Below are positions 1 through 12,911 of a DNA stretch of 64,000 nt, one piece after another. Position 1 is the stretch's first letter; each line of letters starts with the position of its first letter. The notes beneath the pieces are model-generated. The model saw only the letters and a list, made by a program, of their open reading frames with translations. It was not told where the DNA came from and did no database searches. The stretch is from Octopus sinensis. Lineage: Eukaryota. The position numbers were made by a program, and so were the translations under genes. The stretch spans positions 42,904,001 to 42,968,000 of the forward strand of contig NC_043006.1 of the NCBI RefSeq assembly GCF_006345805.1, written 5' to 3'.

Positions 1-430
1 CCAGGCAGAAGCCTGTACCAGATTTCTGTGACTGTTTTGGCAGGGTTTTTACAGCTTGATGCCCTTCCTAACACCAACCACTCAGCTTTCTACATGACAC
101 AAGCACAGGCGAGGTCAGTTTTGGCAAGGTTTTTACAGTTGGATGCCCTTCCTAACACCAACCACTTTACAGGGTAGACTGGATACTTTTAAGTGGCACC
201 TGCCCTGACAGGGTCACCAAGTACTTGCAAGACAACAGTTACAGCCTGACCTCGCCTGTGCTTGTGTCACATAAAAAGCACTAAGACCACTCTGCTGACT
301 GGTTGGTGTTAGGAAGGGCATCCAGCTGTAAAAATGCTGCCAAAATAGTCACACATGTCTGATGCTGGCTTCTACCTGGCCAGCTCTTATGAAACCATCC
401 CACCCATGCGGACATTAAACAATGATGATG
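1..430. mobile_element. Cluster of GAT-tailed SINE-like repeat (family C) fragments in opposite orientations
   Basis: Motif tttttacagc(t)tgatgcccttcctaacaccaaccac occurs twice (about 46-84 and 130-165) and in reverse complement at about 298-335; gatgatgat tail at about 423-432. Confidence 0.75.
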
Positions 431-1253
431 ATTACAGCATGAAACTTCCGGTAGCTCGTTTTTTAAAATTCTGTCTATATTAAATAATATTCATCTCTCA
501 CTGGACAGAATACATTTTTAATGGATCCTACCTTCAATGAAACAGTAAACTAGATGTGTGTGTGTGTGTCTGTGTGTCTTTGTAATTGTCCTCCATCACT
601 GCCTGGAAAATGGTGTTGGTTTGTTCACATCCCCCATAACCTAGCAGTTTGGTGTAAAAGACTGATGGAATAAGTACTAGGTTTAAAAACTAAGTTCTGA
701 TGTTGATTTGTCCAACTAAAACCCTTCAAGGTGGTGCACCAGCATGGCCACAGTGCAATGACTGAAACAGATAAAAGATATTTATAGCATAAAACTGATC
801 AGTCATATACAGTAATTCTGCACCATATCATGGTCCACCTATTGCGGTTTATTATTCAAGGTTACATGAATTCCTCCATGGTGTTGTTTTGCATTTATAA
901 TAAAATAAATGTATACAAATTATAAAAATAATTTTAAAAAATACACAGTACTGTTTTTACTTTGTTGATTTTTACCTATTTTGGAACGTAACACCTGCGA
1001 TAGTCGAGGGAGGTTTATGCTAGTAGCAAGTAAAATATTGATGGGACAATTGAAACATAGATTAGATAACCTGTTTGTTTAGGAAGCTTGCTTTGCAGTC
1101 ATGTGATTTCAGGTCAATTTCCACTAGGTTAGTACTTTCCTGGGTTAGTATGATAGCCTATAGTACTTCCACTGGGTTAGTACTATAGCCTCAGGTTGAC
1201 CAATACCTTGTGAGTGAATTTGGTAGACATAAAATGTGTGGAAACCTGTCACA

Positions 1254-1296
<43 letters not shown>

Positions 1297-1444
1297 TTGC
1301 CATTACCAATGAGAACATGTGACTTGATAGCACTGGGTTTTCTCTTGTAAAAACATCCTAGAATTCTCCTGTGAAGAAGGAGGTAAATTGGAGGGAACCA
1401 GCTAAACCTGCAAAGTGTAAGCCAAAACAGATGATGATGATGAT

Positions 1445-1612
1445 ATACGACGAACTTTTTTCAGTTTCCGTCTACCAAATCCACTCACAAGGTGTTGGTC
1501 AGCCTGAGGCTATAGCAGAAGACACTTGCTCAAGGTGTCACACAGTAGGACTGAACCCGGAACCATGTGGTTTGCAAGCAAGCTACTTACCACACAGCCA
1601 CTCCTACACCTG
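1445..1612 (-). mobile_element. CORE-type tRNA-derived SINE (family A), 5' half
   Basis: Reverse complement reads ggtgtaggagtggctgtgtggtaagtagc...ggttccgggttcagtcc...ccttgagcaagtgtcttctgctatagcc: a tRNA-like head with A/B boxes followed by a CORE-like segment. The same sequence recurs more than 10 times in the window. Confidence 0.85.
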
Positions 1613-1924
1613 TTATGCTTATTTATTTTTTTTGCATGTAGACTACATGCTGACATGTACACATTTTATAGTGAGGATAAAACCAAAGAACTTTTACTGA
1701 TGGGTGGAAATCACTCAATACTAAGAGTAGAGTCAAATTCACTCATTGTAATGTTCATGCTGACTGACATTATGAGTTTTGCCTGACAGCTTAGTCAACC
1801 ATTTATGTGTCTATATGTCTACATGTCAGTGTGTGTATGTGTGTGTATCTGCATGTTCATACATATTCATTTTTTTAATACATTTAAATTTCATGTTAAC
1901 TTATGCACAATATATAAATATCAT

Positions 1925-2339
1925 TTGAGAGAGACCTTTGAGAGAGACCTTGAGACTATCCTTGTGGCGCTTCTTCTGCCCTCCGACTTTGCGCCTGCCC
2001 TGGCCGAGTTCACCATAGAAGGTCTCTCTCAAAGACTTCTCCATCGGAACAGAGACCTGGGAGACACTTGCTGCCAACCGCTCATCCTGGCGCAGCGCAA
2101 TCACCGTGGGAGCAGGGACAGCCGAGGAGGGACGGATTCGGTCAGCGGAGCAGAAACGTCAGATGCGTAAAGCCAGAGCCGCCTGCACCAGTAGCACGGC
2201 CCCTACCCACTTCTGCCCCACCTGTGGGAGGGGCTTCCTTGCCCGGATTGGCCTCACCAGCCACCTCAGGTCACATGGCGGCAGTTCCATCAGATGATGT
2301 CAGTTGGTCATCTTCGAACCGAAGGACGAACATTATTAT
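1925..2339 (+). mobile_element. 5'-truncated, 5'-inverted RTE-clade LINE insertion with 14-bp TSD
   Basis: Forward part 2019-2297 encodes KVSLKDFSIGTETWETLAANRSSW...CPTCGRGFLARIGLTSHLRSH, an RTE C-terminus with a C2H2-like motif. Inverted part 1925-2020 encodes FYGELGQGRRKVGGQKKRHKDSLKVSLK. (ATT)n tail. tatataaatatcat at 1911-1924 and 2340-2353. Confidence 0.9.
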
Positions 2340-2347
2340 TATATAAA

Positions 2348-2620
2348 TATCATCATCATCATCATCATCGTCGTCGTCGTTTAATGTCTTCATTCCATAC
2401 TGGCATGGGTGGGACGTTTTGATAGGAGCTGGCCAGGCAGGGACATGCATCAGACTTGCTTTGGTAGGGATTTTATGGCTGGATGCCTTTCCTGACACCA
2501 ACCACCCTGCAGAGTGGACTTAGTGCTTTTTACGTGGAACAAGCACAGACAAGGTCAGTTTTGGCATGGTTTTTACAGCTTGATGCCCTTCCAAATGCCA
2601 ACCACTTCACAGTGTGGACT
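2348..2620 (-). mobile_element. Family C SINE-like repeat
   Basis: (CAT)n followed by tttaatgtcttcattccatactggcatgggtggg...ggctggatgcctttcctgacac; matches the other family C copies. Confidence 0.7.
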
Positions 2621-2631
2621 GGGTACAAATA

Positions 2632-2677
<46 letters not shown>

Positions 2678-2917
2678 CATATATGTATGTATATATGTAT
2701 ATATATATATATATAATAAATATTTATATGTGTATGTGTTTATTTATACACATATACGTGTGTGTGTATGTATATATATATATATATGTATGTATATGTA
2801 GGTATGTATGTATGTATGTATGTATGTATGTATGTATGTATGTATGTATGTATGCATGTATGTATGTATGTATGTATGCATGTATGTATGTATGTATGTA
2901 TGTATATGTGTATGTAT

Positions 2918-3175
2918 ATCATCATCATCATCATTGAACATCCATTTTCCATGCTGGCATGGGTTGGATGGTTTAACTGGAGTCTGGAAAGCCAGGAGGC
3001 TGCACCAGACTCCAGTCAGATCTGGCAATGTTTCTACAGCTGGATGCCCATCTTAATGCCAACCACTCCGAGAATGTAGTGGGTGCTTTTTACATGCCAC
3101 CAGCACAGGGGCCAGAGGAGCTGGCATCGACCACAATCAGATGGTGCTTTTTACATGCCACCAGCGCAGAACCCA
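2918..3175 (-). mobile_element. Family C SINE-like repeat
   Basis: (CAT)n + ttgaacatccattttccatgctggcatgggttggatg...ctacagctggatgccc...gtgctttttacatgccacc subrepeats. Confidence 0.8.
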
Positions 3176-3216
3176 GTATATGTATGTGTCTGTGTGCTTG
3201 TTTGTATAGACATATA

Positions 3217-3299
<83 letters not shown>

Positions 3300-3300
3300 C

Positions 3301-3371
<71 letters not shown>

Positions 3372-3381
<10 letters not shown>

Positions 3382-3615
3382 TATATATGTATGTATGTAT
3401 GTATACAAAGAAAAATACATAAATATAGAGAAGCAAAAAGAGGTGAACTATGAAGGAAGATAAAAACATAGCCAAACAACTTAATAGCTCAATCAATAAG
3501 GCTGATAGATAAATTACGTGACTTTCAAAGTAATCAGCTTCATGTTTCATTTCTCAATATTTCTGAAATAGGAGGTTAAAAAATAATGCATAAGATACAT
3601 ATGTTTATATATAAG

Positions 3616-3647
<32 letters not shown>

Positions 3648-4115
3648 GTATATTCATCTAGAACAAGGAATCGTTTCCGATCAGTTCCATGCCACCGTGC
3701 CAATATTTTAATTGTGGGAAGCTGAACATCTGTCACAGAGATTTCCTCACTGTATATATCTGCAGTCTGTGGTCTCCTGCCAGAGAAAATATTGCTCAAG
3801 TAGATAAGATTAGCCTATTGCATATAAATAGTTGGGATACATTACACACACTCTCTCTCTCCTTCTCTCTCTCACACACACACATAAAAAGATACACGTA
3901 TACACCTATACACATATACACCCACGTTTGTGTGTATTGTGTATGTATGTGTGATCTTCAGAGAGTGTTCATATATATATATATGTATATATATGTGTGT
4001 ATGTATGTATGTATGTATGTATGTATGTATGTGTATATATATATATATATATCTATATATATATATATATATATCTATATATATATATATATATATGCAT
4101 ATATATATATATATG

Positions 4116-4171
<56 letters not shown>

Positions 4172-4172
4172 G

Positions 4173-4211
<39 letters not shown>

Positions 4212-4460
4212 CACACACATATATATGTATGTATGTATGTATACAAAGAAAAATACATAAATATAGAGAAGCAAAAAGAGGTGAACTATGAAGGAAGATA
4301 AAAACATAGCCAAACAACTTAATAGCTCAATCAATAAGGCTGATAGATAAATTACGTGACTTTCAAAGTAATCAGCTTCATGTTTCATTTCTCAATATTT
4401 CTGAAATAGGAGGTTAAAAAATAATGCATAAGATACATATGTTTATATATAAGATATATA

Positions 4461-4496
<36 letters not shown>

Positions 4497-4995
4497 TATG
4501 TATGTATGTATGTATATTCATCTAGAACAAGGAATCGTTTCCGATCAGTTCCATGCCACCGTGCCAATATTTTAATTGTGGGAAGCTGAACATCTGTCAC
4601 AGAGATTTCCTCACTGTATATATCTGCAGTCTGTGGTCTCCTGCCAGAGAAAATATTGCTCAAGTAGATAAGATTAGCCTATTTGCATATAAATAGTTGG
4701 GATACATTACACACACTCTCTCTCTCCTTCTCTCTCTCACACACACACATAAAAAGATACACGTATACACCTATACACATATACACCCACGTTTGTGTGT
4801 ATTGTGTATGTATGTGTGATCTTCAGAGAGTGTTCATATATATATATATGTATATATATGTGTGTATGTATGTATGTATGTATGTATGTATGTATGTATG
4901 TGTATGTATGTGTATATATATATATATAGGCATGTATATATATATATGTGTGTATATATATATACATATATATATACACATGTATATATATATAT

Positions 4996-5046
<51 letters not shown>

Positions 5047-5060
5047 ATATAAATATATAT
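3372..5060. repeat. Tandem duplication, about 0.84-0.86 kb unit, breakpoints in (TA)n
   Basis: atacaaagaaaaatacataaatatagagaagc at 3403 and 4241; aacaaggaatcgtttccg at 3662 and 4527; gagagtgttcatata at 3961 and 4826. The non-microsatellite parts are near-identical. Confidence 0.9.
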
Positions 5061-5083
5061 ATATATACACAACACACAGTGTG

Positions 5084-5125
<42 letters not shown>

Positions 5126-5369
5126 ATATATGTATATATATGTGTGTATATATATATATGTGTGTATGTATGTGTGTGTATGTGTGTCTATACATACATA
5201 CACAATACTGTGTGTGTCTGTGTGTGTGCATGTGTGTGCGTGTGTGTGTGAGGTCGCAGAAAAAGAAGGGAGCATGTGAAAGAGAAAGAAGGAGAGAGGA
5301 AACGAAAGACAAAGATATAAGGTTTGTATAAATGCTTCCCTGTATATAAGTATTTGCATATAAAATATG

Positions 5370-6520
5370 TATGAGTGACAAACACTTTTTATGTATGTGT
5401 AATGTGTACAATAAGCACTTTATCTGTTATGTGTATATTGGTATTGCTAAGTGTGTGCCTGGGTATGTACATGTTTGTATGCATGCATGTATGTATGTGT
5501 GTGTATGTGTGTGTATGTGTGTATGTGCGTATGTATGGATGTTTGCGTGTGTGTGTATGTGTGTATGTATGGATGTTTGTATGTGTGTGTGTGTATGTAT
5601 GTATGTGTGTATCTATGGATGTATGAATGTATAGATGGATGCATGTTTGTTTGTATGCTTGTATGTATGTATGTGTATGTAAGTATGTTTGTATGTGTGT
5701 ATATATCTGTGTGTGGGTGTGTGTATGACTGTGTTCGTGTGTGTGCGTATGTATGGATGTTTGTATGTATGTGTATGTGTGTGTGTGCATGTGTGTATGT
5801 ATGCATGTATGTGTGTATATATCTGTGTGAGTGTGTGTGTGACTGTGTTCATGTGTGTGTGTATGTATGGATGTTTGTATGTATGTGTATGTGTGTGTAT
5901 GTGTGCATGTGTGTATGTATGCATGTATGTATGTTTGTATGTATACTTGTACGTATGTATGTGTCTATGTATGTATGTTTGTTTGTATGCCTGTATGTAT
6001 GTATGTGTCTATGTATGTATGTATGTTTGTATGTCTGTGTATGTATGTGTCTATGTATGTATGTTTGTATGTCAGTGTGTATATATCTATCTGTGTGTGA
6101 GTGTGTGTATGAGTGTGCTTGTGTGTGTGTGTGTATGGATGTTTGTATGTATGTGTGTATGTGTGTATCTATGGGTGTATGAATGTATGGATGGATGTAT
6201 TAATGTTTGTTTGTATGCTTGTATGTATGTGTCTATGTATGTATTTATGTATGTATGTATGCTCGTATGTATGTATGTTTGTATGTCTGTATGTATATAC
6301 ATCTGTGTGAGTGTGTGTATGTGTGTGTTCGTGTGTGTATGTATGGATGTTTGTATGTATGTATATGTGTGTGTATATGTGTATGTATGTATGTATGTAT
6401 GTATGTATGTATGTATGCTTGTATGTTTGTATGTCTGTATGTGTATATATCTGTGTGTGAGTGTGTGAATGACTGTGTGTGAGTGTGTGTGTCTCTGTGT
6501 GTGTGTGCACGCATGCATGC
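5370..6520. repeat. Degenerate (TG)/(TATG) array with higher-order repeat blocks
   Basis: Recurrent blocks atctgtgtg and gtatggatgtttgtatg within the TG/TATG tract. Confidence 0.85.
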
Positions 6521-7169
6521 ATCTATCCTTTAATAGGAATCAGGAAACATCTCTATACAAATTCCTTATCTACGTTATCATCAAAACAATGTTTTGTAGA
6601 TGGCCACTGTCTTTTTATCTTATTGTTCTTGCACTTACTGTTGTTCTTTGTATATGTTATTTCTGTTGTTGTTGCTTTCTTTTATATTATTGTTGTTGTT
6701 GTTGTTGTTGTGTACTGTTTGTATGGGCAAAAAAAACAGAGGAAAGATATATGAAATATTCATGCATGACAAGCATGGAACATTACAGTACATTTTCTTT
6801 CCATTTTCATTTGGGATAACACAGAGCACTTAGGATGTGATTTGTTGTAATAGAAGTGTGCTGTTGTTTAGCCCTGGGACAACCTTAACCTTAACTAAGC
6901 AGAACTATGATCAAAGGCATTTCACCATGACATCTTTCCTTCTATGGAGTATTACATTATCCTGTATGTCCTTATATTTTCAAGACTGTAAAACGTAATT
7001 TTAAGGAGGATTTGGCTGTTATTTCTAGCTTACGCACCGATTAGTCTAGTTATTAGTATTGGTGTTGGATCATAGTTTTTAATAAGCAAACTCTTGACAT
7101 GAAACCTTTCACAGATAGAACAAATGCATGGCAACATTATGTAATGTAAACAGGTACATATGCCCATGG

Positions 7170-7249
7170 GCATATGGCATAGTGGTTAAGAACGTGGGCT
7201 ACTAATCCCAAGATTCTGAGTTCTATTCCATGCAGTGACCTGAACAATG

Positions 7250-7289
<40 letters not shown>

Positions 7290-7435
7290 TAATAATAACA
7301 TCAAAAAATACCTTAGGAATGAGAACCCAGGTTCGAAATTTCCCCAAGACACCTGATGAAGGCTGGAGGGTATATAGCTGAAACATTGTGTTAACAGCAA
7401 ACAAGATGAGGACAAATATCTGTTGAATGTAAATA
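7170..7435 (+). mobile_element. tRNA-headed SINE-like element with (AAT)n spacer and degenerate minimal hammerhead in its 3' part
   Basis: tggcatagtggttaag (A-box-like) and gagttctattcc (B-box-like), then (AAT)n, then gacac CTGATGA a ggctg gagggtata tagct GAAA catt gtgtt at 7348-7392. Confidence 0.65.
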
Positions 7436-8374
7436 ATCTAAATAATAACCCACCTATGCTTTGCCAGAAGCAACAGGAATTTTCCTACTATCCTTCAGAG
7501 ACTGATTGGATGCAACACTTCCAGATCTATGTCCTTATATCTTCAATACTGTAAGATGTAATTTTAAGGAAGATTTGGCAGCTATTTCTAGCATACACAT
7601 TGATTAGTCTAGTTGTTAGTATTGGTGTTGGATCTGTTTTAGTAGTTAGAATCCACCATACTTTTTAATAAACAAACTCTTGACATGAAACCTTTCACAG
7701 ATAGAAGAAATGCATGGCAACATTATGTAATGAAAACAAGTACGTCTCTACCAGAAGCTTTTATCCAGGCACAAAAGAAAAAGAAAGATAACCTACCTAT
7801 GCTTTGACAGAAGTAACAGGAATTTTCCTACTATTCTCCAGAAACTAATTGGATGCAACACTTCCCGATCTAAAAATAAAATCACTTTCATTTGGAGAAA
7901 CTGGGAATACAGTACAGTATGCATTATTTTTGAAACCGGGGATCAGACAAAAGTGCAAGCCCAGATAGTACATGGAAGACCAAGCCATAAACTAAAACCA
8001 CCACACTTAGGGTTCAGGAACATCAGAGTCACCATCAAGGACATCAGTGATGATGATGTTGATCTTTGGATCATGGTTACTTTTGTTGTGCAATATGGGT
8101 TAGTAGTTAACATTGAGGTAGCTTTTAGGGACATGTGGTTGAATGGAATTGATTCACCCTGGATATAAGTCTTCATGGATCTCAAAGATCACAAAATGAT
8201 CTCAAAGGTGTTTATGGCTGGTTTAAATGCTGAAAGGTTAATTCTGTTGCTAAGTCAAGTCACTCGCATACCCTTTCTGTCACTGGGGTACTTGAATCCT
8301 AAGTAAGGGCCCAGTTTAGCCACTGACCACTCAACCAATAAATAAGTGGCTTACATTTGCTTCTTTTACATTCA

Positions 8375-8770
8375 TCATCATCATCATCATCATCATCATT
8401 TAACATCCGCTTTCCATGCTAGCATGGGTTGGATGATTTGACTGAGGACTGGCAAACCAGATGGCTGCACCAGGCTCCAATCTGATCTGGCAGTGTTTCT
8501 ACAGCTGGATGCCCTTCCTAATGCCAACCACTCCGAGAGTGTAGTGGGTGCTTTTACATGCCACCAGCACGAGGGCCAGTCAGGTGGTACTGGCAACGAC
8601 CACACTCAAATGGTGTTTTTTATGTGCCACCTGCACAGGAGCCAGTCCAGTGGCACTGGCAACGACCTCGCTTGAATGTTTTTCACATGCCTCTGGCACA
8701 AGTACCAGTAAGGTGATGCTAGGAATGATGACACTCGAATGGTGCTTTTTACATACCACCGACATGGAAG
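8375..8770 (-). mobile_element. Family C SINE-like repeat with about 60-bp internal subrepeats
   Basis: (CAT)n + tttaacatccgctttccatgctagcatgggttgg; three gtg(c/t)ttttt..atg(c/t)cacc units. Confidence 0.85.
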
Positions 8771-8799
8771 CCAGTCAGCTGCTCTGTTGGAATGAAAGG

Positions 8800-9133
8800 G
8801 AATTCAACATTTATACTGGCCATATCCAGCCAAAATACCTATCTTGTTTAATCTTTAAAGCAGCCAGATCCAGCATCTCACTCCTATCCTACAATATCCT
8901 TCTAAAAATAAGCTATCACATCGTCAAAATCTCAAAGCTACAAGACAATAAATGATTAATTTAAAACAAAGTGAATAAACAAACTTAAAGGATATATGTG
9001 TGTGTGTGTGTGTATGTATATATGTGTGTATATATATATATATATGTGTTTGTGTATATATATGTGTATATATATGTGTGTGTATATATAAGCATTACAT
9101 TTGACAGAATAATCTGAATGCTAAAGGGTCAAG
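8800..9133. mobile_element. piggyBac-type MITE remnant interrupted by a TG/TA tract
   Basis: Ends in ...aatctgaatgctaaagggtcaa, resembling a GGG-TTAA terminus; the left end is degenerate. Confidence 0.45.
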
Positions 9134-9425
9134 ATATTTCCAGTTCCTAGATTCTTTTATTTGTTTCAATTATTGCACAGTGGCCATGCTTGGGCACCAT
9201 CTTGAAGGGTTTTAGTGAAACAGATTGAACCTAGTTTATATTTTTAAAATATTTTTAAAGTCTTGTCCTTATTCTATTGGTCTCTTTTGCCAAACCACTA
9301 AGTTACAGGGATGTGAAAAAAAAACAATACTAGTTGTCAAACTGTGATGGTAGTGGGACAAATTCAGATACAAAGACACATATACACATGCATACATACA
9401 CACACACACACACATATATATAATA

Positions 9426-9830
9426 GGCACAGGAGTAGCTGTGTAGTAAGTAGCTTGCTTACCAACCACATGGTCCCGGGTTCAGTCCCATTGCGTGGCA
9501 CTTTGGGCAAGTGTCTTCTACTATAGCCTCGGGCCGAACAAAGCCTTGTGAGTGGATTTGGTAGACGGAAACTGAAAGAAGCCTGTCGTATATGTGTTTA
9601 TATATATATATATATGTATGTGTGTGTATACGTTTGTGTGTCTGTCCCCCCAGCATCACTTGACAACCGATGCTGGTGTGTTTACGTCCCCGTAACTTAG
9701 CAGTTCGGCAAAAGTGACCGATAGAATAAGTACTAGGCTTACAAAGAATAAGCTCTGGGGTCAATTTGCTCGACTATAAAGGGAATGCACCAGCATGGCT
9801 GCAGTCAAATGACTGAAACAAATAAAAGAA
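9426..9830 (+). mobile_element. Full-length family A CORE-type SINE, preceded by an inverted 3'-half copy at about 9160-9360
   Basis: aggcacaggagtagctgtgtagtaag head, ctttgggcaagtgtcttctactatagcc core, TA tract, tail cagtcaaatgactgaaacaaataaaag. Confidence 0.9.
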
Positions 9831-10869
9831 TATATATATATATACACACACACACATATATATACACAAACACACATACACACACACATCCTTTAAGTTT
9901 GTTTATGGGAAACGTTTTTGAGTACACATTTAAATGTTCCTATACATACATACATACATACATACATACATACATACATACATACATACATACATACACA
10001 TATATACGTGTATACTCAGTTTCTATTTACCAAATTCATGCACAAGGCATTGAGCGATCAACTCAAGGTTATTCTCAGAGACACTTACCCAAAGTGACAT
10101 GCAATGGGACTGAACTTAAAATCTGTGGGACTGCAAAGCAAACTTCCCACCCATTCCTGCACCCATATTGCATAATTACCAGTAACAGGTTTTCATCAGC
10201 CATTGATGCAATTGGGTCTGACCTTACTATAATTCACTTGTAGCCTGCAGTTATTCCTTCATTCATATATTCTATTATTCTAATGAAGCATTTAGTATTT
10301 ATTCTATAACACTTGTTTAGCTTTTTAGTAGAGTCTTTATTATTTCATTGTAACACATTCATTCTTTCATTCCACAGTTCTGCTGAAGTGTTCGGTTGTT
10401 ATTTCTATGTTCCTTTATTATGTAACTCTCTTGTAGCTTTTAGCTATTCCTTTATTCTTTAATTCTATAAAAGTTCTTGATTATACCCTTCCTCATTTTA
10501 TTCTGTAATTAATTTCTTTCATTCATTAAAATTTTTTTCCCTTCTTTTCATTCCTTCAATTGATTTTTATTTCGTAAAACTTTTTCATTTAAAATTTCCT
10601 TCATTTGTTGTATTTCTTTATTTTTTTCTACATTTTCTTCAAATATTTTCTGAATAATTTTATAATTTTTTTCTATTCAAACTCATTTATATTTTTCTTC
10701 ATTTAAAAAAGAATTTTTTTTAATAACTATTTTTTCCACATTTATTCTTGAAATTAATCATTCATTTTTTTTCTGTTTTATTTCATTCTCCCCTCTCCTT
10801 CCCAAATCACTTAGACCATAAAGCCTATCCAATCCATTAACTCTTACCTCTGTTGCTATTCTTTATCAT

Positions 10870-11880
10870 GGTACCTTCTTTCCCAACCCTTCTCCACCAC
10901 CACCACCACCACAACCAACACAACGACCGCTACCACCACAACCATCACCACCACACAACCACCACCACAACCAACACAACCACCACTACCACCACAACCA
11001 ATACAACTGCAACAACTGTCACGACAACCAACAAAACCACCACTACCACCACAACCATCACCATCACACAACCACCACAACCACAACCAACACAACCACC
11101 ACCACCACCACAACCAACACAACCACAACCACCGCTACAACCAACACAACCATCACCACCACTGCCACTGTCATGGCCATTGTTGCCACCACCATCACTA
11201 CCACCACCACTGACACTGATGCCACCATCAACATCACTGCCATCACCATCACCACCACCACCACCAACAACAACAGCAACAGCCCCACCAGAACCACTAT
11301 TACCACACATATGCCAACCACCACCACCATCACCATTACAACTACTAATGCTACCATGTCCACCACTGTTACAACTACCACTACCATATAACGTTCACCA
11401 CAACCACCACCACCCTATCACCACCACCACCATCACTACCACATATGGTAACCACCACAACAACGACCACCAGAAATGCTGCTATCACACCTACCATCAC
11501 CACCACCACCGCTGCAAGCACAACCTTCACTACCACCACTCTCAACAACTAACATATACTAACACCCAAACACTCAACATTATCACCGACTGCCACTACA
11601 GCTACCATGACCCAACCGCCTCCACCCCTACAGCTCCACTCCATAAATATTACCCCCCTCCCGCATCACCACCACCACACCCATTTTCTCAAGATCAATT
11701 ACCATCCATAACAACACGCCAGCCGTTTCTCCCTCATTGTTGTCACAACATGATAAATGGATCAATCCCTTCAGAGGGCAGAATGTGTGCGAGTAGTGGT
11801 GGTGGTGGTGGTGGTGGTGGTGATGGCGGTGGTTGCGGTGGTGGTAGTGGAGAGCCTGTGTATGTTAGGGGTGGTGGGTA
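10870..11880. repeat. Degenerate (ACC/AAC)n tract followed by an opposite-strand (GGT)n tract
   Basis: Strongly C+A-biased triplet repeat; ggtggtggt tract at about 11796-11880. Confidence 0.85.
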
Positions 11881-12717
11881 CCCCGCCACTGCCGTCTTGC
11901 CTGCTTCTAATACACATTCATGTTCCTCCAGTGATTATGTCCTGCTTTTCATTAGAATTTCAATAGTCATTGACAAATTATTTCTACTAATTGTGATTGA
12001 TTGACTACGTTTTGGGGGCCATCCATATATATATAAATAAATACATATATAAATGGTGTGTATATAAATAAATATATATATATATGTGGTGTGTACGTAT
12101 GTATATATGTATATGTATATGTGTATATATGTGTGTGCATGTCTGTATGTATATGGATGTGTGTCTATGTGTGTGTATGTACATGTATATGTGTACGTGT
12201 TTGAGAGTGTGGGTATCCATTAAAGTGAAACACTCATATACATGCATATAAACATATATATATATATATACACATGCATCAAAAACATACAAACACATAT
12301 ATGTACATGCATGCACATATATTCATTCTAATGTGTGTGTGTGTATGTGCGTATACATATACATACATATATATATATATATATATTTACTCACATATGT
12401 ACACACACATTATATATATTTATATATATAGATACCACATACATATGTGTGAAGATATATATATATATATATGCATATATATATATATACAAATTGAGAT
12501 AGGGGTTGTAAATGCAACCCTCCATGGGATAACATATATCCAATATACTGCTAGTGAAGTACCCAACAAAGTTAATACATAAATGTTAAGGATTGCGATG
12601 CAATCAATTCATTTACTGTATTACATGGGCAAAGGTAAAATGATTTACCACAAATTACTAATACAAGATAAGAAAATATATATATACGTATGTATACACA
12701 CACACACACACACACAG

Positions 12718-12753
<36 letters not shown>

Positions 12754-12860
12754 TTTGTCTTGTCCGAAGGGACATGGAGGTGCGGGGAGCTTTTCATTTT
12801 CGAAAGTTTCTCATTAAGTTCCGTCAACCTACCTTTCCAAACGGAACTTAATGAGAAAAC

Positions 12861-12892
<32 letters not shown>

Positions 12893-12911
12893 TATATATA
12901 CACACACATGC

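Noticed and set aside
2514-6819. Dozens of YI/CV/MY-repeat ORFs here and throughout the window
   Set aside because: Stop-free frames of TA, TG and TATG microsatellites.
7953-8168. 71-aa ORF (GFRNIRVTIKDISDDDVDLW...)
   Set aside because: Possibly a retroelement ORF1 remnant, but no motif I can name with confidence and no exon support.
10853-12004. 383-aa His/Thr/Pro-rich ORF
   Set aside because: Translation of degenerate ACC/AAC triplets with no splice or domain evidence; the region and the T-rich stretch before it look like low-quality consensus.
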